Source of the DNA: Macrostomum lignano
Lineage: Eukaryota
DNA length: 64,000 nt
Assembly (NCBI GenBank): GCA_002269645.1
Contig: NIVC01002936.1
Location: 1 to 64,000, forward strand
Direction: 5' to 3'
Positions 26,501 through 37,097 of the stretch are shown here, piece after piece (the stretch's first letter is position 1; every line of letters begins with the position of its first letter). A program made the translations under genes and the position numbers. Under the pieces are notes generated by a model. That model had not been told where the DNA came from and did not search any database. It saw only the letters and a list, made by a program, of their open reading frames with translations.

Positions 26501-29500
26501 ATTCCCCTAGATTAAGAATCGGAGATGAGAATTCCCCTAGATTAAGAATCGGAGATGAGAATTCCCTAGATTAAGAATCGGAGATGAGAATTCCCCTAGA
26601 TTAAGAATCGAAGATGAGAATTCCCCTAGATTAAGAATCGGAGATGAGAATTCCCCTAGATTAAGAATCGAAGATGAGAATTCCCCTAGATTAAGAATCG
26701 GAGATGAGAATTCCCCTAGATTAAGAATCGAAGATGAGAATTCCCCTAGATTAAGAATCGGAGATGAGAATTCCCCTAGATTAAGAATCGAAGATGAGAA
26801 TTCCCCTAGATTAAGAATCGGAGATGAGAATTCCCCTAGATTGAAAATCGGAGATGAGAATTCCCCTAGATTAAGAATCGGAGATGAGAATTCCCCTAGA
26901 TTGAAAATCGGAGATGAGAATTCCCCTAGATTTAGAATCGGAGATGAGAATTCCCCTAGATTAAGAATCGGAGATGAGAATTCCCCTAGATTAAGAATCG
27001 GAGATGAGAATTCCCCTAGATTGAAAATCGGAGATGAGAATTCCCCTAGATTTAGAATCGGAGATGAGAATTCCCCTAGATTAAGAATCGGAGATGAGAA
27101 TTCCCCTAGATTAAGAATCGGAGATGAGAATTCCCCTAGATTAAGAATCGGAGATGAGAATTCCCCTAGATTGAAAATCGGAGATGAGAATTCCCCTAGA
27201 TTAAGAATCGGAGATGAGAATTCCCCTAGATTAAGAATCGGAGATGAGAATTCCCCTAGATTAAGAATCGGAGATGAGAATTCCCCTAGATTAAGAATCG
27301 GAGATGAGAATTCCCCTAGATTAAGAATCGGAGATGAGAATTCCCCTAGATTAAGAATCGAAGATGAGAATTCCCCTAGAGTAAGAATCGGAGATGAGAA
27401 TTCCCTAGATTAAGAATCGAAGATGAGAATTCCCCTAGATTAAGAATCGGAGATGAGAATTCCCTAGATTAAGAATCGAAGATGAGAATTCCCCTAGAGT
27501 AAGAATCGGAGATGAGAATTCCCCTAGATTAAGAATCGGAGATGAGAATTCCCCTAGATTAAGAATCGAAGATAAGAATTCCCCTAGATTGAAAATCGGA
27601 GATGAGAATTCCCCTAGATTGAAAATCGGAGATGAGAATTCCCCTAGATTAAGAATCGGAAATGAGAATTCCCCTAGATTAAGAATCGGAGATGAGAATT
27701 CCCCTAGATTAAGAATCGGAGATGAGAATTCCCCTAGATTAAGAATCGAAGATGAGAATTCCCCTAGATTAAGAATCGAAGATGAGAATTCCCCTAGATT
27801 AAGAATCGGAGATGAGAATTTCCTACTAGAATGATATCCTAATAGAATTTCTCATCTAATTAATTACTAATTAACAGGTAACGCCGCACCTAGGCGAACT
27901 GTGGGACGCATTCTTTCCGCGCACTCTGTCCATAGAGATCTCCAATCACGGCAACAAGTACGCCATTCTCAACTTCCTGCTGACCGCTTGCACCGATTGT
28001 CCTGAGAATGTGACGGCTCTGCTGGCCAATGCCAAAGTTGTCAATCAGATTTGTACCAACTATATCCTGTGAGTCCTGGTTTGCCATTGTATTGGGCTAG
28101 TTTCTTTTTGGGTGCCAGTTTGAGTTTTGCTTTAGAGTGAGTCATTCAGAATTACAAGGGTTCAGAGTGACACATGGTGATCAGTGACACATGGTTCAGT
28201 GACACATGGTGATCAGTGACACATGGTTCAGTGACACAACGTTCAGAGTGACACAAAGTTCAGCGTAACACATGCTTCAGAGTGACACAAGGTTCAAAGT
28301 GACACAAAGTTCAGAGTGACACAACGTTCAGAGTGACAACGTTCAGAGTGACACAAAGTTCAGAGCGACACAGGGTTCAGAGTGACACAAAGTTCAGAGT
28401 GACACAAGGTTCGGAGTGACACAAAGTTCAGAGTGAAGCATGATTTAGAGTGACAAGGATGACAACCGAAATCCGGCCACGCAGCTCCGACATGGAGGAC
28501 AGCGAAGTGATATTCTACAATCGCTGCATGCTGCCAGCCTACTATGGCCTGCTCCGCCTGTTGTGCCTGGCGTCGCCAAGATTCTCCGCCAACCTGTGCC
28601 GGCACACCAATATCAATTGGTCGCTGCGTTTTATAGCGCCCTATCCGACTCACTATGGACCGGCTAGCGAGGAGCTGCTCAGACTGTGCGAAGCCATTCT
28701 CACAGGCGGCCGCGCTAGTCGACGAACTCGCGAAAATATTGACGACACCGGGGCGGCGGCTGACGGGGCAGATGTCGGAGACCGCGACAACATGGACGAG
28801 AGTCAGGGCGGAAACGATTGCGATGGCATGACTGAGGCTTTCCGAGTGCAAACTATGACCGTGCTGAACGTATGGGAGATTGGCGCTAATCAAGTCGCGC
28901 CTTTGCTCAGGTGAGTCATATTCGTGTGTGCACCCACCTCACTCCGCCTCTCTGCCCCGTACGTGCACCAACCTCAATCCGCCTTTCTGCCCCTTTTGTG
29001 CACCCACCTCACTCCGCCTTTCTGCCTCGTATATGCACCCACCTCACTCCGCCTCTCTGCCCCGTGTGGGCACCCACCTCACTTCGCCTTTCTGCCTCGT
29101 ATATGCACCCACCTCATTCCGCCTTTCTGCCCCTAATTTACACCCACCCCACTCGGCCTCTACAAAAAGAGCTTTCTAGTCTTGTTTTTCACATCCGCAA
29201 TCAGGCTTTGCAAAGTGCTACTAGAACGAGATTCGGACTACGTGAAATTTATGGAACTGGGCAACCTACCCGTACTAGTGGACGCTATGTACACTCTGCA
29301 TACGATGTTCTTCGACTCGGAGGGCTGTTTTGTCTACGAAGAAATGCTGCAATTATTGTGCATTATTAACACCTGTTTGCGAGTTGGACTGGACTGTATC
29401 GAACGGCATAGAGACGGACTGCTCAGAAAGGCGGTGTTCTACGAGTCTAAGGGTCGCCGTGGACTGTTGGACCTGCCTCATAAACTGCTGAGTCTATTGA

Positions 29501-32278
29501 GCAGCTTTGTAGTGCCCGACATTCGAGTAGCTGCTATCGGTACGAGATTTGCTTAAGTGCCGTTTTTACATGTAAAAGTAACTGATTATTTTAATAAACT
29601 GAAAATTGCCCTCAAACTACTGTTTCTGCTTTCAGAGGCCCTAAAAAATTTAGTGAACATCTACCAGACTGACGTCACCGAACAGCTAGTGGAGTTGCTT
29701 AGCAACCGGCATCAGGCATTTCACAGCACCACGGCACACAGTATGTTCGATTTTTTGCCTTAATATGTTTCCTTTTCCTCTTATCGAAACCCACCCACTC
29801 CGATGCTCTGCCCCTCACTCTAACCGACACCCACCCCTATCGGATTCTCTGCCCTCACTCTAATCAACACCCACGCCACTCCGATTCTCTGCCCTCACTC
29901 TAATCAACACCCACCCCACTCCGATTCTCTGCCCCTTACTCTAATCAACACCCACCCCACTCCGATTCTCTGCCCCTCACTCTAATCAACACCCACCCAC
30001 TCCGATTCTCTGCCCCTCACTCTAACTGACACCCACCCCACTCCGATTCTCTGCCCCTCACTCTAACCGACACCCACCCCTATCGGATTCTCTGCCCTCA
30101 CCCTAATCAACACCCACCCCACTCCGAACTCTGCCCCTCACTCTAACCGACACCCACCCCACTCCGATTCTCTGCCCCTCACTCTAACCGACACCCACCC
30201 CACTCCGATTCTCTGCCCCTCACTCTAATCGACACCCACCCCACTCCGATTCTCTGCCCCTCACTCTAACCGACACCCACCCCACTCCGATTCTCTTGCC
30301 GTCCAACCGACACCCACCCCACTCCAATTATCTTAGCACTAATTAAATCAGTAATTAATTAAATTCTCCGCCTTTGCAGTCGCTCACGGCCTGTTCTTCC
30401 CTCGTCTGCAATCGCCGCCAACATTTCAATTAAATCAGCAGCGCCAGGTAAAGCTGCCTAAACCGCACTTTGGCATGCTGCTGCACCCAAACATGTTGGA
30501 GTCGCCCAGAGGCGCCAATCCGGCTTACGATCGTAAATTGGACGAGTTCTTCATGCCCTACTATCAGCTGGTCGATCGTCTGGCCAGGGTAAGCATCAAT
30601 GCGATGCAGTTCACCCAGGAGACTGCCCACCTCTGCGCTATGGTGGCTTATGAAGGCGCCAGTCTGCACTGCAGCTTGTTTGCTAAGCTATGGAACGAGG
30701 TTGTCACTCTGCAGGATCGCAGTGTCCCAGCTCAGGTGAGCGGCTCTTCTTACTCGCTACTCGTAACACCCAACATTGTTTTTTATCGATTTTTTCACCC
30801 ATCCCACTCCGCATTTTTATTCACCCACCCCACTCCAAAATTCTTTGTGTCACTCTAAACGTAGTGTCACTCTGAACCATGTGTTACTCTGAACGTTGTG
30901 TCACTCTGAACCATGTGTCACTCTGAACGTTGTGTCACTCACTCTGAACCATGTGTTACTCTGAACGTTGTGTTACTCTGAACCATGTGTTACTCTGAAC
31001 TTTGTGTTCAAAGTTCACCACCCCACATTGTTTGTCAACACCCCACTCAGCATTTTATCGATTTTTTCTCACCCACACTACTCGACATTTTATAGATTTT
31101 TGTTCACCAAATCCACTCCGCAGCCACCAGCCTCTCCTTCGGGAGCCTCAGCTGCAGCCGCCGCTGCCGCCGTGGCCGCCACCGTAAACGCCATCAGCGG
31201 AGGTAGCAGCGGCGTCGGAGGCAGCGGAGAAACTTCTCGCCAGTCGCCGCTGGACACGCTAATGGAAGACAGCTACTTTACCGAATACGTTGCTGCCGTG
31301 CTGACTAAGGAGCTTCGCTGTTTGGTTGACCGGCACATTTACGCTTTTATGACTCACTGCTTTCCCAAGGTCAGTAGCCTGTCTGTGAGTGCCTCGGTGT
31401 GACACCCACCCCACTCCGATTCTCTGCCCCTCTAACCGATGCCCAGCCACTCCGATTCTCTGCCCCCACTCTAACCGACACCCACCCACTCCGATTCTCT
31501 GCCCCTCCATCTAACCGACACCCACCTCACTCCGATTCTCTGCCCCTCCCTCTAACCGACACCCACCCCACTCCGATTCTCTGCCCTTCCATCTAACCGA
31601 CACCCACCTCACTCCGATTCTCTGCCCCTCCATCTAACCGAAACCCACCCCACTCCGATTCTCTGCCTCTCCATCTAACCGACACCCACCCACTCCGATT
31701 CTCTGCCCGTCCAACCGACACCCACCCCGCTCCGATTCTCTGTCCCTCCAAGCAACACGCAACCCAATCCAAACCTTTACCAGGTGTACCAGTGCCTGAC
31801 AGACATGCCGGACATTCGCGCGTCCTTGATCGATAGCGTGACACAATCAGCTGAGTCGCTGACTTCATCAGTAGCAAAAGCAGCATCTGCATCAGCTCCA
31901 TCAGACTCCAGTCACGCTGAGAAAACTGAGCACCAACAGCAGCTTCTCAGTCAAGTTGAAGGCGACGTGAAAGCCTGTCTGCTTCTTCTAGCAGTAGTTT
32001 CTCAGCAGCAGCAGCAACAGCAAGAGTCGCAGCATGGTAACGAAGCGTTGAGTCACGCGCTTGAGAAGATTCGTTCCTATCTGTTATTGAATCAGTCAGC
32101 TGACTCTGCTTCCTGTTCTCAGACGGACTCAAACACTTCAAGCACTGAGCAGTCGCAGCAGAAACATCCGATATCCGCTTCTCTTGTGAGGCTGGTTGAA
32201 AAACTGATCGAACAATTGCAACTGTTCGATCTGCCCTCGACTACAGCTACTGATGCCACTACATCCATTGCCGATTAA
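1..32278 (+). CDS. USP34: Ubiquitin carboxyl-terminal hydrolase 34-like (USP34/puffyeye), 5'-incomplete, 23 exons in window (about 9.2 kb coding)
   Basis: Exons: <1-295, 1863-2498, 4104-4417, 5304-6186, 7065(or 7053)-7169, 7248-7625, 9823-10041, 10405-10577, 10660-11326, 12492-13376, 14852-15220, 15808-15994, 16614-17068, 17573-18161, 18875-19368, 20191-20598, 27878-28068, 28485-28910, 29205-29539, 29636-29740, 30380-30735, 31124-31369, 31784-32278(TAA). All junctions are GT-AG and phases are consistent. Spliced motifs recall human USP34: KNMADFE|GEE, LLWDL...[56 protein letters not shown]|[25 protein letters not shown]. Confidence 0.93.
322..1798. repeat. Intronic tandem array: 31-bp unit, then 20-bp unit GGAGTGACCCCTTGTAGATT
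   Basis: Directly visible; the unit changes near 730. Confidence 0.95.
2520..4030. repeat. Degenerate CT-rich array (TCTCTGTCTCTGATCTCA-like)
   Basis: Directly visible. Confidence 0.92.
4450..5185. repeat. About 20-22-bp array TGTCAGATTGTGTGCTCAAA
   Basis: Directly visible; explains the Cys-rich spurious ORFs. Confidence 0.92.
6255..6890. repeat. Degenerate array built on the palindrome GTCACGTGAC (E-box/CLEAR-like)
   Basis: About 11 perfect and 4 near-perfect (9/10) copies with diverged flanks. Confidence 0.9.
7690..9620. repeat. G-rich about 70-bp minisatellite (7690-8068 and 9479-9620) split by an LTR element
   Basis: Unit core AAATCGTGGGGTGGTGGGTTTGCGGGGTCTATAGTAATAAAA occurs on both sides of the insertion. 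Confidence 0.88.
8069..9478 (-). mobile_element. Non-autonomous LTR retrotransposon (TRIM-like), antisense to USP34
   Basis: Direct repeats 8069-8379 and 9164-9478 with TG..CA ends. On the minus strand the PBS TGGCGCCCAATGT (9151-9163) directly follows the 5' LTR and the PPT GGGGGGAG precedes the 3' LTR. TSD GTGGG at 8064-8068 and 9479-9483. The 784-bp interior has no ORF in the track. Confidence 0.93.
10125..10240. repeat. Short 15-bp array CTGAGTGTCTGTC(C/T)T
   Basis: Directly visible. Confidence 0.8.
11345..12355. repeat. 15-bp array TGTGTCTCTCAATGA
   Basis: Directly visible. Confidence 0.95.
12492..17068 (+). CDS. USP34: USP catalytic (peptidase C19) domain exons of USP34
   Basis: Cys box [10 protein letters not shown] near 13070-13100; QKD motif [10 protein letters not shown]; His box VHTG|[10 protein letters not shown] split by the intron 15995-16613; WLWFND follows. 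Confidence 0.95.
13470..14830. repeat. 35-38-bp array CCCCAAAATCATCATGACATCTTTCCAAGAAAAAAT
   Basis: Directly visible. Confidence 0.95.
15280..15710. repeat. About 24-bp array CACTAAAGTACAACCTACAAT
   Basis: Directly visible. Confidence 0.88.
16110..16500. repeat. 30-bp array GGATATCCAGAAATGGGATTTCAAGATTTG
   Basis: Directly visible. Confidence 0.9.
17085..17535. repeat. (GTCT)n microsatellite
   Basis: Directly visible. Confidence 0.97.
18240..18815. repeat. About 33-bp array (GATAGACAACTGGGACAC...) with an about 100-bp higher-order unit
   Basis: Directly visible; a 35-aa period appears in the spurious ORF at 18449. Confidence 0.88.
19500..20040. repeat. About 24-bp array GGGATAATTGGGATCATAGGAAT
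   Basis: Directly visible. Confidence 0.9.
20680..27830. repeat. 30-bp satellite GGAGATGAGAATTCCCCTAGATTAAGAATC, about 230 copies, with an EcoRI site in nearly every unit
   Basis: Homogeneous core 20930-27830 with a degenerate lead-in, inside USP34 intron 20599-27877. Confidence 0.98.
28155..28455 (+). repeat. About 18-bp array GTTCAGAGTGACAC(A)
   Basis: Directly visible; reverse complement of the array at 30845-31010. Confidence 0.9.
28925..29155 (+). repeat. About 33-bp array GCACCCACCTCACTCCGCCTCTCTGCCCC
   Basis: Directly visible; related to the 40-bp family. Confidence 0.85.
29785..30330 (+). repeat. 40-41-bp minisatellite CACCCACCCCACTCCGATTCTCTGCCCCTCACTCTAACCGA
   Basis: Directly visible. 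Confidence 0.93.
30845..31010 (-). repeat. About 18-bp array GTGTCACTCTGAAC (inverted copy of 28155-28455)
   Basis: Directly visible. Confidence 0.88.
31400..31745 (+). repeat. 40-41-bp minisatellite, same family as 29785-30330
   Basis: Directly visible. Confidence 0.92.
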
Positions 32279-32537
32279 GTGTTGTAATTGGCTTCTAAAC
32301 CGACACGTTCGATTAAATTTGCTTCTTTCCTAAAGTTAAACAGTTTAAAGTTTATTGTTTTACAAATTACAATTTAAACCTCGTATTTTATCTGTGTCTG
32401 TATTGCTTTTTTTATAATTATTGTTTGTTTGTTTGTTAAAAATTGTTTAGATTGCGTGAAATATTTTAGACTCTAATAAGATTGTCTAGAAAAACATCGG
32501 TATAGACCTTGGCAAGCCAATTAATTTTCATTTATTT

Positions 32538-32790
32538 CAGCAGCCAATGAGCGTGAAGCCCTTGTAGCAGCCAATGAGCGTGGAGCCCTTGTAGCAGCCA
32601 ATGAGCGTGGAGCCCTTGTAGCAGCCAATGAGCGTGGAGCCCTTGTAGCAGCCAATGAGCGTCGAGCCCCTGTAGCAGCCAATGAGCGTCGAGCCCTTGT
32701 AGCAGCCAATGAGCGTCGAGCCCCTGTAGCAGCCAATGAGCGTCGAGCCCTTGTAGCAGCCAAAAAGCGTCAAGCTCTTGTAGCAGCCAA
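32538..32790. repeat. 27-bp array AGCAGCCAATGAGCGTGGAGCCCTTGT (contains CCAAT)
   Basis: About 9 copies downstream of the USP34 stop. Confidence 0.9.
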
Positions 32791-33284
32791 TCAAAATAGA
32801 GCGTTTTTAGGCTGGCTACTAAGACTAGTGGAGAGCGAGTGCAAGTTGTGAGTTTTTAATAAGAATAAAGAAAGTTGCCGTGGACAAAAATGAACTTATT
32901 AAAATGTTATAATAAATATTATTATAGGTTTTTATCTTGTGACTTTTAAAAGTTAACTTTTGTCGTTTGAGATTATGCTTTAGGTTTTATTACTAAATAT
33001 CAAGTTCTGAAAAAATTGTCTGTCCTGAATTCAAACGTTCGAGAATGGGCTCACAGTGTGTGATCTTTGAATACAATGTTTGTTTGCTTGTTGTTGCATA
33101 TGCCGTTTTTCTAAATAAATTTTTAAAAGTCCAAGCATACCATATATCTATTCCAGTTCAATCAAATATGGCAATAATTCAGTTGTTTATTTAAGTAAAA
33201 TAACCGTACAACCGATAAACCGTTGTCTTTCTCCATTGATTCTGATTGACAATAAAATGAGAAAAATATTGTAAATTGGCTAGG

Positions 33285-33455
33285 GAGTGCGGTGGGTGCT
33301 GATTGGGCTAGGGAGTGAGGTGGGTGCTGATTGGGCTAGGGAGTGAGGTGGTTGCTGATTGGGCTAGGGAGTGAGGTGGGTGCTGATTGGGCTATTGAGT
33401 GAGGTGGTTGCTGATTGGGCTAGGGAGTGAGGTGGGTGCTGATTGGGCTAGGGAG
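33285..33455. repeat. 28-bp array GCTGATTGGGCTAGGGAGTGAGGTGGGT
   Basis: About 6 copies. Confidence 0.9.
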
Positions 33456-34489
33456 TAAGGCCTCAGGGAAATTGTCAGTGAGGCCTTAGCTGTGTAATGT
33501 ATTTGATTTGCATGGGTGCTCTGGTGGTGGTGGCACCAGAGATCATGCATTGCTATGGGTTGTGACAACCACACAATTATTTACAATTAAGACAGTGAGG
33601 AGTTCCTCACGCTTATTTTCTTGCTCGCACAAACCCAGGGTCTTACACTGGTGACAGCGGTCTAAGCATGGTCAAGTCAGAGCAAGCTGCATTACTGCCT
33701 CCGAAGTTAAGCGGAGACGCCAATGGCCGAATGTGGCTCAGCAATTTTGAAGATTTTGCTGACGACTGCAAATGGGACGACGGGAAGAAGGCGAAGAAGC
33801 TGAAGCTGCTGATTGACTAGCGAAGTGCAAGTCTTCGTGTGGGAGCAGACGGAAGACGTGAAAGCCAGCTACAAGCAGCTGAAGCAGAAGCTGCTACCGA
33901 GCGATGTAGGAATTTGAGAAGCGGAAACGACAGCCGAACGAGTCTCTAAGGGAACTGACAAACAAATTGAAGCTCCTGCATCTCAGTGCTCGCTCAGTAC
34001 TGCTCAGAGACACGCTTCTAAAGGACAAGGATGCGAGCTCCTGTTCCCTGACCGACTTGATCGATCGACCACCGTCAGCTGCCAGTGTCGGTGGAGGACA
34101 AGCGCGTCAACCAGTTCGAGCAGCAAGCACAGCAGCTGGCATCCAGCGTGCGGACAGGACCATCGGACAGAGACAGGCGACAGAAGGGTCCCGTCAGGTT
34201 CTACAGCTGCGGCGAGCCAGGCCACATTGCTAGGCGATGCCCGAAATCGACCGGGCTGCGCTGCAGCCGGTGCTCAGGCAAAGGGCACACCGTGGCGGTC
34301 TGCCCGACGCCAGCAAGGAAACCTCTGGAGGTCGGCAGCCTGAGGCCAGCGCTGACCCGCTTAGAAGGGACCCACAGGTCAGCGCCATCGATATTCGTGC
34401 AGGTGCAGTTCGGTGGCACGTCAGTGGCTGCTCTGCTCGACACAGGCGCACAAGTCGCTTATGGACAAATCCCTGTTCGACAGACTCTC

Positions 34490-34844
34490 TATTAGAGGCA
34501 GGGGGTTGTGTGCACCCTGGCGCACTTTAAGCGACATGGGCACACAACCGGCGAGAGGCATTACTGCCCATTCCGCCGACTCCCCTGAGCAGGCATACAA
34601 GCGCGCAGATACGTACGCAGACACACACTCACACAGGAGTGTACAGCGGCCCTAACTTTATTTTATCATTAGGCATGTACACTTCACTGTGCCTTGGGGG
34701 GTTTGGCTCTCAAGGCCGTTAACTGCACGAGCAGAGCCAAGCCGAGATTCCAATTCAGCCCCAAATTAATGTGACTGCACTTGGAATCGAGCCTGAGCCG
34801 CTGGCACACCAGAACAGCTGCGCTACCGCTGGGCTACGGCCCCC
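34490..34844 (-). mobile_element. tRNA-derived SINE, 355 bp, inserted in the gypsy protease
   Basis: TSD TTCGACAGACTCTC at 34476-34489 and 34845-34858. The minus strand begins GGGGCCGTAGCCCAGCGGTAG (A box) and has GGCTCGATTCC (B-box-like), followed by a non-tRNA body. Confidence 0.88.
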
Positions 34845-36603
34845 TTCGACAGACTCTCCTGCCAGATCGACTTCACAGACGACCTCCTCCGTGGACGGCT
34901 CCAGGCTGCGCTGTCTTGGCCTGACGGCGGCAGAAGTTTCAGTCGGCAAGGACATCCGAGGGTGGCACAAGTTTACTGTGGTGGAAGGCATCCAGCCCAG
35001 TCTAATCCTCGGCATCGATTTTGTCACCATGGTGTCGCGCACGTGACCATCGAAATGAAGATCGGTGCTGCTAAGTTCAATGGCAGACCTGTGGCGTTCA
35101 GCAGCGAGGCCCCGCAGGCCCACTGCCGTTTGGTGCCGAGCATGCTGGTGGCGCGTGTCACAATCGATACGGAGCTGCTAACACTCAGTGAGAAGCTTGT
35201 GTGGCTCAAGGTGAACTGCAGTGGTGAGCAGGGAGTTTCGAGCCATGCGAGGACTTTGCGACGTCCACGGCAGTCCTACCGGCTTGCGTGCTGGTGGTCT
35301 CAGATTCGTTCCGCATCCCGGTGAGAATGTGTAACCTGTCGAAGGAAACCGTGCTGCTGTTCGCCAACAAGGCCGTCGGGACGTTTGAAGGCGCGGTGGC
35401 CGATGCAGACAGTTGTGAGCACGCCGCTCAGGAAGCCACAATCGGCTGGAACATCAGCCCGGAGCTGCCTGATTCGGATGCGGAGACGCCCCGCCAGCTG
35501 CTGTAATGCAATGATGACTTGTTTGCCAAGCATGAGTACGACCTGGGGACGATGAAGCTCCTGCAACAACCAGATCGAGCTGGAGCACGGACGGGCGGCA
35601 GCTGAACGCCTGCACGGTTAAGGACGCGTACCCGCTGCCGCACCTGCAGCAGGCCATGGACGCGCTCGTCGGGTGCTCCTATTTCTCCACCATTGACTAC
35701 TGCCGGCAAGGCTACCACCAGGTGGAAGTTGCGGAGGAGGACCGGCACAAGACGGTATTCTACTCGACTCGCGGTCTGATGCAGTTTCATAAGATGGGCT
35801 TTGGGATGTGCGACGCCCCGGCAACGTTCCAGCGGCTCATGGAGTTGGTGATGTCCGGTCTGTCCTGGAAGGCGGTGCTGACCTACATTGACGACATCAT
35901 CGTCTTTAGCAGGAAGTTTGACGAGCACCTAATGAAGCTGACGCAGGTCTTCCAGCGGCTGCGAGACGCGGGGCTCAAGCTGCACCGAGCGAAAAGCGCG
36001 TTCGCACACAGCCAAGTTCTGTACCTCGGACACCTGGTTATCGAGCATCGCGCCTGATCCCGGAAAGGTCGATGCCATCCGCAACATGCCCAGTCCAGCG
36101 ACAACGGAGGACGTGAAACATTTTCTCTGAATGCTGGGATTTTACCGCCGGTTCATCGAAGGCTTCAGCCAGACTGCCAGGGTGCTGCACGATGTCAGCC
36201 AAAGGTCTAGAGACTTCGCGTGGAGCAATGACTGCGAGCGAGCGTTCCACGAACTGAAGCGCAAGCTGACAACAGCACCGGTGTTGGGGCTTCCCGACTT
36301 CAGAAACAGCTGCCGATTCGCCGTCGGTGCGGTGCTTAGTCAGCTGCACGCAGGTGCCGAGCTGCCGGTCGCACTCTTAACAAGGCCGAGCGCAGCTACT
36401 CGGCGACCGACCGGGAGCTGCCGGCGCTGGTGTGGAGCCTGAAGCACTTCAGGACGTATTTGCTGAGCGTCCCCAGCTTCACTGTCTACTCGGACCACCG
36501 GCCGTACAGGGGCTACTGGCAACCAAGGACCCGGAAGGTTGGTTGGCCCGGTGGCTGTCGACTCTGCAGCAGTTTTCCTTCTCGCTGCTCTACCGGCCTG
36601 GTC

Positions 36604-37097
36604 CGCTGTCCCTCAGCCCTCTCACCAGCTCCGGAAGCTCCTCTTGCGCCTCTCGCGCAGAGACATCCGGGCTGCCACCATGACCCTCTCAGGTCACGGC
36701 TGCTTCTCTAGGCACCAGTACCTGCAGGGCAACGCCACCAACGCTATCTGCAGTTTCTGCAACTCAGGTGACGAAACCGCTGAGCATTTCGTCAGCATCT
36801 GTCCCGCCTTTACGCGAGCGAGACTCACTTACCTCGGGCCACACACATCTATTACTGAAGCGTGCAAACCCGAAAACTTTAACCAGCTCATGCGCTACCT
36901 CCGGGCCACCCGCAGGGCTGAACTCTCCTTTCCAGAGAGCACCATAGCTGCTGGCGACACTGGGGGACCTCCCTGGGCGGCGCCAACCCTTCGTCCATAG
37001 CGACGCGTCGGCCGTTTAGGGATTAGCGGAATGGGCGTTCGCGCCTTCCCGCTGTGTCTCCCCGGGACAGCCCTGCAGCTAAGTCAAGTAAGTCAAG
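36604..37097 (+). mobile_element. 5'-truncated non-LTR retrotransposon 3' end (LOA/R1-group-like) inside the gypsy RNase H
   Basis: TSD ACCGGCCTGGTC at 36592-36603 and 37098-37109. Encodes LSGHG..CSFCNSGDETAEHFVSICP (C-terminal CCHC); tail CTAAGTCAAGTAAGTCAAG. Removing it restores gypsy YRPGRDNVVPDALSR. Confidence 0.92.

Noticed and set aside
20930-27830. CRISPR array or repeat protein ([10 protein letters not shown])n
   Set aside because: No unique spacers and no cas genes. It lies inside a GT-AG intron whose flanking exons join in frame, and 1-bp indels break the ORF repeatedly.
34770-34844. tRNA gene
   Set aside because: It has A and B boxes but no complete cloverleaf that I can fold, and it is fused to a 280-bp body within a 14-bp TSD, so it is a SINE head.
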